Notes: a model not told the origin generated them from the letters alone. Positions 17,884 through 28,135 are shown, counted from the stretch's first letter. The stretch: DNA of 64,000 nt from Deltaproteobacteria bacterium ADurb.Bin151 (GCA_002070455.1 MWDG01000002.1:7062-71061); one strand, 5' to 3'. Numbers and translations are program-made.

Positions 17884-20406
17884 TCAAATGGAGTCAAGCC
17901 CCCAGATCATCCGGTTATAATCTTCGATGGTCCTGTCTACGCTGAAATAGCCCGCACTCGCCGTATTGACTGCGGCTTTTCTTGTCCAGGAGGGTGTATC
18001 GTTGTATGCGCCCATGATCTTTTCAAACGCCGTGCGATATGCATCAAAATCGTAGAGAAGATAATATTTGTCCGCGCGGTCGTAGTCCCCATACAACAGC
18101 GACCGGTATAGATCCTGAAACTGGTCTTTCCCTACCCCGGGCAGCGTGCCATCCACCAGGCATGACAGGGCCTCCCGGATATGCTCATCGTGGTCAAAAT
18201 AGTCTTTCGGATGGTAGCTGTTTTCCGCCCCGATCCGATCAATTTCCTGTGCATCGGCACCGAAGATAAAAATATTTTCCTTCCCCACTCTCTCAAAGAT
18301 CTCCACATTCGCGCCGTCCATCGTTCCGAGCGTCACGGCTCCGTTGAGCATGAATTTCATATTGCCCGTACCGGATGCTTCACAACCGGCGGTCGAGATC
18401 TGCTCGCTGATATCCGCCGCGGGAATCAGGTGTTCAGCAAGGGTGACGTTGTAATTTTCCAGGAAAACAACCCGGATGTTCTCTCTTGTACGCGGATGGG
18501 AATCCACAAGAGCGGACACCACGCTGATCAAATGGATGATGCTCTTGGCCCTCCAGTAGGCGGGCGATGCCTTGGCGGCAAACAGAAACGTTACCGGCCG
18601 GGGCAGTGTAAAATGATCATTTTCGGTGAAACGACGATAGAGATGTAAAATGTGCAGAACTTTCAAAAGCTGGCGCTTATATTCATGCAGTCTTTTTGCC
18701 TGGACATCAAAGACCGACCCGGGATCCAGGGCAATTCCCTGCCTTTTTTGCATATATTCGGACAGGCGCTTTTTGTTTTGCTGCTTGACATGCGCAAAAT
18801 CGTCCAGAAACCGCCTGTCATCCACATACGGTTTGAGCCTTTCCAGCTCTCGGCAGTCCCGGATAAATTGATCACCGATATGATCGTAGATCAGTTCGCA
18901 CAGTGCAGGATTGGCCGCCGCCAGCCATCTTCTCTGCGTGATTCCGTTGGTGATGGCCGTGAACTTCCCCGGAAACATCACATAGAAATCACGGAAGGTC
19001 CTGCTTTTCAGAATCCTGCCGTGAAGCTGGGATACGCCGTTGACCCTGTTGCATACCGCAACGCATAAATTGGCTGTGCGGACTTCATCGTATGCAATAA
19101 TGGACATCCGCGCGGTCTTGTCGCGGTCATCCGGATAAGATTTGCACAGCCGCTGTCTGAATCGTTCATCGATTTCAGAAACAATCGCATAAACACGCGG
19201 CAGCATCGTTTTAAACAGCTGCTCAGGCCATGCCGCCAGGGCTTCCTGCATGACCGTGTGATTGGTATAGTTGAACATCCGGCTGACAATGTCGTATGCC
19301 TCGTCCCACCCGAGCCCTTCTGCATCAATCAGGATGCGCATCAGATCGGGAATTGCCAGAGCCGGATGAATGTCGTTGATCTGAATCACAACTTTTTCAG
19401 GCAGGCTGCGCACGTCGCCATACATTTTTTTGTGTTCGCGAACCAGACACTGCATTGTCGCGGAAGCCAGGAAATAATACTGCCGCAAGCGAAGCATTCT
19501 CCCGTTGATGTGGTCATCCTTGGGGTAAAGCACCTTGGAAATCGACTCGGCAAGCTCCTTTTGCTGCAACATGCAGACAAAATCACCCTTGTTGAAGGAA
19601 TGAAGATCAAATACGGCAGGACATTCCGCCCTCCACAGGCGCAATGTTGCGGGTACATGGCTGTCATAGCCGATGACCGGCATGTCGTAGGGCACCGCCA
19701 TGACGGTCTGGTAGTTTTTGTGCACCACCGTCAGGCCGTTGTCCGTCCAGACTTCTTCAACCATGCCGTCAAAATGCACTTCGAGCTGTTCTGCCCTGCG
19801 CTCGATTTCCCAGATATCGCCTTGTGCCGTCCAGTCGTCCGGCACTTCCGTCTGCTGTCCTTCGATAATGCGCTGGCAGAACATCCCGTATTCATAGCGG
19901 ATGCCATATCCCGTCACCGGCAGATTCAGCGTCGAGAGTGAATCCAGAAAACACGCGGCCAGCCGGCCCAGACCGCCGTTTCCCAAAGCGGCTTCATTTT
20001 CCTGCTCTTCGAGCTTTTCAAAGGGATAACCGATTTCGGTCATGACGGCCCTGTATTCCCTGAGCAAACCAAGATTGATCATGTTATTGACAAGCGCACG
20101 ACCCATCAGAAACTCAGCCGAAAGATAACAGAGCTTCTTCATCCCCTTTTTCTCCAGGGTTTCGTTCGCTTTGACCCCCCGCTCGAGGATGATGTCGCGG
20201 ATACTCATCGCCACCGCCTGGAACATTTCTTCACTCGAGGCGTTTTCGAACGAGCGGCCGTAGTATCTTTTTAATTTCCCCTCAATAATATTTTTGATTT
20301 TTGAAATTCTGTTTTTCACCTGCATGCCTTCATTTATAGAATCGGGAAACAATGACGCTCCCGTCGCAACGGATGCCTCTTTATGTGACGACGAAACGCC
20401 TGTCAA
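17884..20406 (-). CDS. glgP: Glycogen/maltodextrin phosphorylase
   Basis: 840 aa. PLP-lysine motif EASGTGNMKFMLNGA and GT35-family conservation throughout. The track start is TTG. ATG 20325 (MQVKNR...) is an alternative start. Confidence 0.92.
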   Translation of the reverse strand: MTGVSSSHKEASVATGASLFPDSINEGMQVKNRISKIKNIIEGKLKRYYGRSFENASSEEMFQAVAMSIRDIILERGVKANETLEKKGMKKLCYLSAEFLMGRALVNNMINLGLLREYRAVMTEIGYPFEKLEEQENEAALGNGGLGRLAACFLDSLSTLNLPVTGYGIRYEYGMFCQRIIEGQQTEVPDDWTAQGDIWEIERRAEQLEVHFDGMVEEVWTDNGLTVVHKNYQTVMAVPYDMPVIGYDSHVPATLRLWRAECPAVFDLHSFNKGDFVCMLQQKELAESISKVLYPKDDHINGRMLRLRQYYFLASATMQCLVREHKKMYGDVRSLPEKVVIQINDIHPALAIPDLMRILIDAEGLGWDEAYDIVSRMFNYTNHTVMQEALAAWPEQLFKTMLPRVYAIVSEIDERFRQRLCKSYPDDRDKTARMSIIAYDEVRTANLCVAVCNRVNGVSQLHGRILKSRTFRDFYVMFPGKFTAITNGITQRRWLAAANPALCELIYDHIGDQFIRDCRELERLKPYVDDRRFLDDFAHVKQQNKKRLSEYMQKRQGIALDPGSVFDVQAKRLHEYKRQLLKVLHILHLYRRFTENDHFTLPRPVTFLFAAKASPAYWRAKSIIHLISVVSALVDSHPRTRENIRVVFLENYNVTLAEHLIPAADISEQISTAGCEASGTGNMKFMLNGAVTLGTMDGANVEIFERVGKENIFIFGADAQEIDRIGAENSYHPKDYFDHDEHIREALSCLVDGTLPGVGKDQFQDLYRSLLYGDYDRADKYYLLYDFDAYRTAFEKIMGAYNDTPSWTRKAAVNTASAGYFSVDRTIEDYNRMIWGLDSI

Positions 20407-20421
20407 TGAAAATCACAGGAA

Positions 20422-21903
20422 TTATAGCCTGACTATTTCAATATAGAGCCTCGCATATTCCAGAACGCTCTTTTGAAAGCTCCAGTCCTGTTTCATGGCC
20501 CGCCGCCTGATCGAGTCCATACGCTGCCTGTTCTGATAAATGTCCAGCGCATATCTTACGGCATGAAGCATATCGTGCGCGTTATAATTTTCAAAAGAAA
20601 ACCCGTTGCCTTCATCCGTAAACTCGTTGTAGGGAACAACTGTATCCCTCAAGCCTCCCGTGGCGCGGACAATGGGAATCGTCCCGTAGCGCAGAGCAAT
20701 CATCTGCGCCAGACCGCAGGGTTCAAATTGGGAAGGCATCAGGAAAAAATCGCTTCCCGCGTAAAGCCTGTGCGCCAGCGGGTCGTTAAACTCCGTCAGT
20801 CCCATCGACCGATTTCCTGTGCGCTGTGCGATGCCTCGGAAAAAATGCTCATAATTTTTCTCCCCCGTCCCGATCATTAAAAAACCGATCCCCGCTTCCA
20901 TCATTTCGTCAAACACACGCAGAACCAGATCAATTCCTTTTTGCTTTGTCAGCCTGGTCACCATACCGACAAGCGGCGTTCCGGGATCGATCGTCAGGCC
21001 CAGTTCGTCAATCAGGGCCTCCTTGTTTTTCTGTTTAGCCGGCAGGGATTCCGCGTCATACGGAAAGGGGATCAACGGGTCTGATGCCGGATTAAAGACC
21101 GTGGTGTCAATGCCGTTAAGAATGCCCGTGAGGTCATCCGCCCGGGTCTCCAGGATACCCTCCAATCCTTCTCCGTAATAAGGTGTCCTGATCTCCTGTG
21201 CGTAGGTCGGGCTGACGGTAACCAACTGGTCCGCAAAAACGATGCCCGCTTTCAGAAAACTGGCATCCCCGTGAAACTCAATGCCTTCTTTCTGAAAATA
21301 TTTGCTGTGGATGCCCAGCAGGTCCGACACAAAACCGAAACTGAAACGTCCCTGGTAATGAAGATTATGAATGGACAGAACCGTCCGCGCCCTTCCCCGC
21401 GGTTCCTGATTGTACTGCGTCGAAAGCAGCATGGGAATGATGGCCGTGTGCCAGTCGTTGGCATGTATGATGTCAGGCTGAAAACCGGTCAACGGCAGAG
21501 CTTCGATGACTGCACGTGAAAAGTAGGCATACTGTTCCCCCTCGAAATTTCCTCCGCAATAAATGGCATGGCCGAAATAATATTCGTTATCGATAAAGTA
21601 AACGGGAATGCCCTCCCAGTCGTACAATTCAATACCCGCGTACTGGGAACGCCAGCCGAGATCGACGCTGAAGCTGGCAAGGTGCTGTACTTTCTCCCTG
21701 TATTGATCCTTGATGATCCGGTGAAACGGCAGCATCAGGCGGATATCGAATCCAAGCGCATGCAGCTCCCTTGTCAGGGTTCCGATCACATCCGCCAGAC
21801 CTCCCGTTTTGGCAAAAGGAGCGCATTCCGCACCGGTCATTAAAATCCGGGGCAGAGCATCTGTGTTTTTCGATTCCATGATATTCTGCAATTGGCGGTT
21901 CAT
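20422..21903 (-). CDS. glgA: Glycogen synthase (ADP-glucose type)
   Basis: Motif ECAPFAKTGGLADV and GT5 architecture. ATG 21903 lies 1 nt after the glgB stop. The longer track start (21999) would overlap glgB. Confidence 0.92.
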   Translation of the reverse strand: MNRQLQNIMESKNTDALPRILMTGAECAPFAKTGGLADVIGTLTRELHALGFDIRLMLPFHRIIKDQYREKVQHLASFSVDLGWRSQYAGIELYDWEGIPVYFIDNEYYFGHAIYCGGNFEGEQYAYFSRAVIEALPLTGFQPDIIHANDWHTAIIPMLLSTQYNQEPRGRARTVLSIHNLHYQGRFSFGFVSDLLGIHSKYFQKEGIEFHGDASFLKAGIVFADQLVTVSPTYAQEIRTPYYGEGLEGILETRADDLTGILNGIDTTVFNPASDPLIPFPYDAESLPAKQKNKEALIDELGLTIDPGTPLVGMVTRLTKQKGIDLVLRVFDEMMEAGIGFLMIGTGEKNYEHFFRGIAQRTGNRSMGLTEFNDPLAHRLYAGSDFFLMPSQFEPCGLAQMIALRYGTIPIVRATGGLRDTVVPYNEFTDEGNGFSFENYNAHDMLHAVRYALDIYQNRQRMDSIRRRAMKQDWSFQKSVLEYARLYIEIVRL

Positions 21904-21904
21904 A

Positions 21905-23821
21905 TCAATCTTTCTTTTCCTTTTCCTCTTCATCAAAATCAAAGTATAGGGCTGTAAGCGGCGGCAGGTCGATGACTGCCCGGAAAGGATGTCCCGCAAA
22001 CTCCTGCGACACCGTCATAATCGCTTCCGTTCGGCATTGACTCGCACCGCCGAAAATCACGTCATCGCTTGTGAATACCTCCTGCAGTTTACCCGGGGAA
22101 GGCAACCCGATCACAAATCCCTCCACCGGCACGGGCGTAAAATTGAAAGCGCAGACACAGGGTCTTCCGTTTTCCCGGCCGCGGCGCAAAAAGCTTAACG
22201 AACTCTGGTTTGCATTATCCACGTTGAGCCAGGCAAACCCGCTCCAGTCGTCTTCGATCTGATAAAAAGCGGGATTCCCCTTGTAGAAAGCATTGAGCGC
22301 CTTGACGTAGTGCCTCATCTTGCCGTGGCTTTCGTATTCCAGCAGGAACCAGTCCAGTTGCTTCCGATAGTCCCATTCAATGAACTGTCCGAATTCGCTT
22401 CCCATAAACAGCAATTTTTTCCCCGGATGCGCATACATAAAACCCAGCAGCACGCGCAGGGACGTAAATTTCTCTTCATAAGAGCCGTACATCTTTTCCA
22501 GCAACGATTTTTTACCGTGCACCACTTCGTCGTGGGAATACGGAAGAATGAAGTTTTCGGAAAACGCGTAGAACATTGAAAACGTCATTTTATTATGATG
22601 GTCTCGCCGGAAATAGGGATCCATCGACATGTATTCGAGCGTATCGTGCATAAACCCCATGTTCCACTTGAACATAAAACCAAGCCCCCCCTCATAGGGA
22701 GGCTGTGTAATCATCGGGTACGAAGTTGATTCTTCCGCGATCGTAACGGCGCCGGGATGCCTCGTCAGTATCACGGAATTCAGCTTCCGCAAAAAGGCCA
22801 CCGCGGAGTGGTCAATATTGCCCCCGTCCTCGTTGGGCACATATTCGCCTTCATTGCGGGCGTAATCCAGATAGAGCATTGACGTGACGGCGTCCACGCG
22901 GATACCGTCAATATGATAGACATCAAAGAAAAACATCGCGCTGGAAATCAGGAAACTGACCACCTCGGGGCGACCGTAATTGAAGATCAGCGTTCCCCAT
23001 TGCGGATGATTGGACTGGAGCGGATTTTCATGTTCATACAGGCATGTTCCGTCGAAACGCGCCAGGCCGTGCTCATCCCTGGGAAAATGGGCAGGGACCC
23101 AGTCCATGATAACGCCGATTCCCTTCGCGTGCATGATGTCCACAAAATACATGAAATCCTGCGGCGTACCGTAACGGCTGGTCACGGCATAGAAGCCTGT
23201 CACCTGATATCCCCAGGAATCGTCGAGCGGATACTCCGTCACTGGCATGATCTCGACGTGCGTAAACCCCATCTCCACCAGGTAATCGGACAATTCGTCA
23301 GCCACGTCGCAGAGGTTTGCAAAACGGTATTCTTCGCGTTTGCGCCACGAGCCGATATGCATCTCGTATATGGCCATGGGATTGCTTAAAATATTCTGTT
23401 CCGAACGCCGCAGCAGGAAAGCCTCGTCATGCCATGCATAACCGCTTAATTTCCATACCTTCGATGCTGTCCTGGGGCGAACTTCGGCATGAAAGGCAAA
23501 AGGGTCGGCCTTGAGCACCGTCCGGCCATCGTATCCTTCAATCTGATACTTGTAGCAGTCCCCGTCTGTGAGTCCGGGAACAAAAGCGGCAAAGACGCCC
23601 GTATCAAGGCGTTCCATCGTGTTTTTGGAAGCATCCCAGGCGTTGAAATCCCCCACAACGCTGACGGCCCGCGCGTTGGGAGCCCACAACAGAAAACGGT
23701 GCATTCCCGTTTCACCGACCCGATGACAGCCAAAGGTCGCATAAGCCTGCTGGGCCTCCCCGATATTGAACAGGTAAATCTCGTCCTGATTAATATATTG
23801 TTGATCGTTCTTCAGTGTCAT
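21905..23821 (-). CDS. glgB: 1,4-alpha-glucan branching enzyme
   Basis: 638 aa. GH13 subfamily 9 pattern: DWVPAHF, GIRVDAV, IAEEST, SHDEV. Confidence 0.92.
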   Translation of the reverse strand: MTLKNDQQYINQDEIYLFNIGEAQQAYATFGCHRVGETGMHRFLLWAPNARAVSVVGDFNAWDASKNTMERLDTGVFAAFVPGLTDGDCYKYQIEGYDGRTVLKADPFAFHAEVRPRTASKVWKLSGYAWHDEAFLLRRSEQNILSNPMAIYEMHIGSWRKREEYRFANLCDVADELSDYLVEMGFTHVEIMPVTEYPLDDSWGYQVTGFYAVTSRYGTPQDFMYFVDIMHAKGIGVIMDWVPAHFPRDEHGLARFDGTCLYEHENPLQSNHPQWGTLIFNYGRPEVVSFLISSAMFFFDVYHIDGIRVDAVTSMLYLDYARNEGEYVPNEDGGNIDHSAVAFLRKLNSVILTRHPGAVTIAEESTSYPMITQPPYEGGLGFMFKWNMGFMHDTLEYMSMDPYFRRDHHNKMTFSMFYAFSENFILPYSHDEVVHGKKSLLEKMYGSYEEKFTSLRVLLGFMYAHPGKKLLFMGSEFGQFIEWDYRKQLDWFLLEYESHGKMRHYVKALNAFYKGNPAFYQIEDDWSGFAWLNVDNANQSSLSFLRRGRENGRPCVCAFNFTPVPVEGFVIGLPSPGKLQEVFTSDDVIFGGASQCRTEAIMTVSQEFAGHPFRAVIDLPPLTALYFDFDEEEKEKKD

Positions 23822-23841
23822 ATTTTATAATGCCATCCGTT

Positions 23842-25314
23842 TCATCCCGATCGGCCGAAAAGTCCAGTCACGCGGGCAAGTTCCTGGACAATTTTGTCGT
23901 CAAACTGGTCCGGCAGCAGGCGCCACTGCCAATTTCCCTGCGCTGTCTGCGGGCGGTTCATCCTCGCGGACGCGGGAAGCCCGAGAAAATCCTGCATCGG
24001 AATGACACAAACATCCGCCACAGATCCCATGGCCAGACGGATCAGCTGCCAGTGAACGCGCCTTTCATCGACTCCGTCAAGATAAGCATCCAAAAACGCC
24101 TTCTCCGCTGAACCCAACTCACGATACCAGCCGACCGTCGTATCGTTGTCGTGCGTCCCCGTGTAAACCAGGCAGTTTTTCTCATAGCGGTGCGGCAGGT
24201 AGCTGCTGCTGCCATCGGGCGCAAAGGCGAATTGCAGCACTTTCAATCCCGGGAAACCGGTCGCGTGCAGCAGTTCAAATACTCCCGGCGTGAGGTAGCC
24301 CAAATCCTCGGCAATGAGCGGCAGGTCTCCCAGTGCATCTTTGAGTTTTCGGAAAAAGTCGATGCCGGGTCCGGGGAGCCATTCCCCCGTCACGGCGGTT
24401 TTGGCGCCGGCGGGTATTGCATAGTATGATTCAAAAGCCCGGAAGTGGTCAACGCGCAAATGGTCGCACATGGACATTTGATGGGCGATCCGCCTGACCC
24501 ACCAGGCATAACCTGTTTTCCTGAGCGCATCCCAGTCATAGAGAGGGTTTCCCCACAGTTGGCCGGTTTCAGAAAAGTAATCCGGCGGGCAGCCCGCGAC
24601 CCGGCCCTGTGGATCAAGCAGATCGCGCTCCGTCCAGGCATCGGCACTGTCAGGCGCCATGTAGATGGGCATGTCGCCAATAATGTGGATTCCTTTTTCG
24701 TTTGCATACCTGTGCAAGGCCTCCCACTGACGGAAGAAAAGGTATTGAACAAATATATGATAATGGATTTCCTTTTTTAGACTTCGCGCGGCGGCTTCCA
24801 GGGCATCAGGCCGTCTCTCCATGATTTCCCGGGGCCATTCGTGAAAAGACTTCATTCCCTGTACACTTTTTAACACCATGTAAAGCGCATAGTCATCAAT
24901 CCAGTCTGCGTGCCGCCTCCTGAAAGACGCTATCTCGTCCGCAAGGCCATCTGCACTGTGTTCGTAGGCAAGATGCAGCACCCGGCACTTGCCGTCAAAC
25001 TGCGCATAATAATCCACCGCACACGGATCACCCATGAAGAGGCGGTCACACAAATCGAGTGCTTCCCGCGGTAAAAGGCCTTGTTGATACAAATCATTAA
25101 AATCAATAAAGTAAGGGTTGCCCGCAAAGACGCTGAACGCCTGGTAGGGGGAATCCCCGAATCCCGTCGGCGAAATGGGCAGAATCTGCCAGTAAGTCTG
25201 ACGGCTTGCCTGCAGCCGATCCACAAATTCACGCGCGCCGGCCCCCAGCGTTCCTATGCCAAACCTGCCCGGCAGTGAAGAAATGCCCATCAATATGCCG
25301 CTTCCTCTTTTCAT
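23842..25314 (-). CDS. malQ: 4-alpha-glucanotransferase (amylomaltase)
   Basis: GH77 motifs GILMGISSLPG, LRVDHFRAF, IAEDLG, YTGTHDNDT. Start uncertain between 25314 and 25341. Confidence 0.9.
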   Translation of the reverse strand: MKRGSGILMGISSLPGRFGIGTLGAGAREFVDRLQASRQTYWQILPISPTGFGDSPYQAFSVFAGNPYFIDFNDLYQQGLLPREALDLCDRLFMGDPCAVDYYAQFDGKCRVLHLAYEHSADGLADEIASFRRRHADWIDDYALYMVLKSVQGMKSFHEWPREIMERRPDALEAAARSLKKEIHYHIFVQYLFFRQWEALHRYANEKGIHIIGDMPIYMAPDSADAWTERDLLDPQGRVAGCPPDYFSETGQLWGNPLYDWDALRKTGYAWWVRRIAHQMSMCDHLRVDHFRAFESYYAIPAGAKTAVTGEWLPGPGIDFFRKLKDALGDLPLIAEDLGYLTPGVFELLHATGFPGLKVLQFAFAPDGSSSYLPHRYEKNCLVYTGTHDNDTTVGWYRELGSAEKAFLDAYLDGVDERRVHWQLIRLAMGSVADVCVIPMQDFLGLPASARMNRPQTAQGNWQWRLLPDQFDDKIVQELARVTGLFGRSG

Positions 25315-25534
25315 GATTGACAGCATACACGAGTTTGGCATTGATGACTATACGATTTTCTTTGCCTGAAACAATCATTGACATAATTCTTGACTTAACA
25401 GCGCTTCCGCACCTGTGGCTTGATATTGAAACCGGACAATGAAGGCTTCCGTTTGAATATTGCTTAAACGCATCTGAAGAATAAACGGTCGTGTGCGACC
25501 ATTCTGACCAATGCTTCGAAGGAATCAATTCCTG

Positions 25535-26029
25535 TTATCTGCCCGAAACCATGTTCTCAAACTCAGCCATGGGAACTGTTTCGCCATCCATTACAACTTT
25601 GTTGTCCACAACCCTGTATAGCTTCACCGCGCAGCCGGAATGGACCGACGTGAAATCATAACCGCCGAGCTCTGATTTGACAGCGGAAAGAAATATCACA
25701 TGCAGGCTGTCATCCTGCAGACAGATCCCATACCCGCACATGCCGTACATGCACCGCACATCGATCGCATCCCTGACGGTTTTTCCCTTTAGCACCCGGA
25801 ATATTTTTATTTTGCTGCCTTCAGGAAGGGAATTACTCCTGCCCGCCCTGACCATTGGCCCTTCGTCGGCCACTTTTTTTCCGATGATAATTAAGTCGGC
25901 CCGTTTCACTGTCTCCTGAAAATTTAACTTTGCCCTGCACGGTTGGCAGGAAAATGATAAAGCGGGAAACCATAAATGAACTGTGAAAAATAACATTGCT
26001 GCCCAAAATAATGCTCTATAGAATTTCAT
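25535..26029 (-). CDS. Secreted protein of unknown function (predicted mature N-terminus CQPC...)
   Basis: 164 aa. AGGAGG before the ATG. Signal peptide MKFYRALFWAAMLFFTVHLWFPALSFS followed by CQPCRAKL...ADLIIIGKKV. Confidence 0.55.
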   Translation of the reverse strand: MKFYRALFWAAMLFFTVHLWFPALSFSCQPCRAKLNFQETVKRADLIIIGKKVADEGPMVRAGRSNSLPEGSKIKIFRVLKGKTVRDAIDVRCMYGMCGYGICLQDDSLHVIFLSAVKSELGGYDFTSVHSGCAVKLYRVVDNKVVMDGETVPMAEFENMVSGR

Positions 26030-26087
26030 GATTCCTCCTGATCACCAGAACCTCTTCTCCGTTTTTACGGATAAATTTTCTTTCAGG

Positions 26088-27467
26088 TCATGCCCGGGCA
26101 AGGAGATCATTTACCTGCTTTTCCCAGTCCTCCGGCGTTGTGTGAATGGCGCGTCCCAGGTAAGAAGCCCGCAATTCCCTCAAGGCCGGAAGATTTCTGC
26201 AGGCAATGGCGTAATGGCGGTAACGAAGCTGAGCGGCAAGAACGTCACCGGACAAATAGATGGGCTCCCGTCTGAAGTTCAGCAAAACAAGCGCCCGGTT
26301 AAGCCGCTGAATTGACGGTTCCACCGTATCTTTCGCTTCTGCCGTGTTCATTGTCCTGCCTTCCGCGCCGGCGGAAGGAATGCGAAAAAAATAGGTCGCG
26401 CGTCCGGAATGAGAAGTGGCCTCCCATGCCACAACACGGGCAGGCGCTTTCAGACCCGGTTTTACAGCAAGAGGAAACAGAAACCAGTGAAGCACCTGTT
26501 GCTGATCATCATCATTTTCTTCACGGTGTTCACCGGATGACGCATGATTTTCTTCTTCCAGCTCTGTGTTTTCATTTCTGGCGGGGGAGATTTCATTCGA
26601 ACCGACATCCTCCATCTCGTTTTGCCCTTCCGGCCTGATCATTTTGAAACCTGAAAATAAGCCTTCTTCAACGGCCAACCGCTTCTCCAATAGGTCAAAA
26701 TAAGGTTTCATGCTTGGGCAAACCGTCTTTTCTATCAAAACCGGTTTTATTCGGGGATGAACAGCCTCCATCCTTGAAACTTCGATTGCGTGTCCTTCTT
26801 TCATCATTCCGGCAAGCTGCATAAACTGGTCCGGAGAAAGAAACGGAAAAAGAGAATGAAGAATAACGGCTTTGTTTTCTGAAAGATCCTGCATTGCTGA
26901 TTTCAGGCAGTCCATGAATTCACGGGCACGTTTTGCCAGTTTTGTAATGATGATTCGCCCCGCTTGTGATCGAAGCTCAAGCCGGCATGCGGCCTCATCA
27001 AAATCCACACGGTCGATATCGCTCAGCCTCCAGTGCAGGCCTCTGGTTGCAGCGGGCAGGATCACCAGATTGCTCCTGCAGATTCTTAATTCCGCCGGAC
27101 CCGAAAAATCATCACTGGATGAATCCAGATCTACAAATCCGTCAAATCGCCCAATCTCCTCGAGATCTTCCAGAAGGAGACATTGCAAAACACGTCTTTG
27201 ATAGGCTTCCTGAAAATCGTGACAAATGCTCTGAAACGTTTTGCCCAGATGGCTTAAGATTATGCAGTTTCCGGTATAGAGATTGAGGGATATCCGGTAA
27301 TCACCGGGAGAATAAACATCAATGTCGCCCAGATCCATCGCGAGCACAGGACCTGTTTCGGGGATGAGACGGAAATCGGCGCCGTCAATCGTAAAACTGC
27401 AGGCACCTTTTTGGACCGCGCTCCCTGACAGGTCCAGGTATTCGAACTTCCCTGAAAACGTATTCAT
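26088..27467 (-). CDS. Hypothetical 459-aa protein (two related N-terminal modules, acidic linker, conserved-looking C-terminal domain)
   Basis: The long ORF starts 4 nt after the stop of the upstream zinc-ribbon gene and has no SD of its own, consistent with translational coupling. I recognise no known motif. Confidence 0.6.
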   Translation of the reverse strand: MNTFSGKFEYLDLSGSAVQKGACSFTIDGADFRLIPETGPVLAMDLGDIDVYSPGDYRISLNLYTGNCIILSHLGKTFQSICHDFQEAYQRRVLQCLLLEDLEEIGRFDGFVDLDSSSDDFSGPAELRICRSNLVILPAATRGLHWRLSDIDRVDFDEAACRLELRSQAGRIIITKLAKRAREFMDCLKSAMQDLSENKAVILHSLFPFLSPDQFMQLAGMMKEGHAIEVSRMEAVHPRIKPVLIEKTVCPSMKPYFDLLEKRLAVEEGLFSGFKMIRPEGQNEMEDVGSNEISPARNENTELEEENHASSGEHREENDDDQQQVLHWFLFPLAVKPGLKAPARVVAWEATSHSGRATYFFRIPSAGAEGRTMNTAEAKDTVEPSIQRLNRALVLLNFRREPIYLSGDVLAAQLRYRHYAIACRNLPALRELRASYLGRAIHTTPEDWEKQVNDLLARA

Positions 27468-27471
27468 GGGT

Positions 27472-28104
27472 TTAAGTCATCTTGTTGCCGCATTCCGGGC
27501 AAAATTTCGTCCCTGCATCTGTTTTTGTCCCGCATCGGGGGCACTCGTTCTTCGGACGGAGTGGTTTCCCGCATTCCGGACAAAACTTCGCTCCCTGGGT
27601 GCGGGCACCGCAGGCGGGACACAGAGCCGCAGCTTCACTGATGATATCAATATCCTTCGTTAGATCAACTTTTTGAACTTTTTCCCGCATCTGTTCGACA
27701 GTCGCCTGTGCCTGAGCGGCGGCCAGTTCGGTTTCCACATTTGGCGCGCAATCGTAGCAAAGGCCGCGTCTCTCATTCCAGCAGGTACTGGTACATGCCC
27801 ATGACGAGCATTTCGGACACTTCCGGAAGTGAACCTTGATTTCATCAATCGCGTCGCGGAACGCCTTGTCGTGCTGAGGCCCCAGAATAGCCCGCTGAAT
27901 CTCGTAACCTCCCCTGCTTGCCTGACTGAACAAGCCTCCGAAGATGTCCCCAGCCGCTTTCAACGCACCGACAGCAATACCGGTAGCGTTCGCCCTGAAT
28001 TCGCTCATAAACCCATTGCCACAGCGGTCACAAAAAAACTCAAACTGAAATCCCTTGTCCGTGGAATGATCCGTGTGATTTCGTGTAAACTGAATAGCAG
28101 CCAT
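27472..28104 (-). CDS. Multi-zinc-ribbon protein
   Basis: 210 aa. CxxC pairs: CDRCGN, CPKCSS...CYDCAP, then C-terminal double ribbon CPACGARTQGAKFCPECG...CPRCGTKTDAGTKFCPECG. GGGAG SD 6 nt upstream. Confidence 0.7.
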   Translation of the reverse strand: MAAIQFTRNHTDHSTDKGFQFEFFCDRCGNGFMSEFRANATGIAVGALKAAGDIFGGLFSQASRGGYEIQRAILGPQHDKAFRDAIDEIKVHFRKCPKCSSWACTSTCWNERRGLCYDCAPNVETELAAAQAQATVEQMREKVQKVDLTKDIDIISEAAALCPACGARTQGAKFCPECGKPLRPKNECPRCGTKTDAGTKFCPECGNKMT

Positions 28105-28135
28105 TTAGATCTCCCTGAAGATTTGAATACCTTTC

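Noticed and set aside
21904-21999. N-terminal 32-aa extension of glgA in the ORF track (MRDILSGQSS...KRKRKRKID)
   Set aside because: It would overlap the 3' end of glgB by 95 nt and is not part of the glycogen synthase fold. ATG 21903 directly follows the glgB stop.
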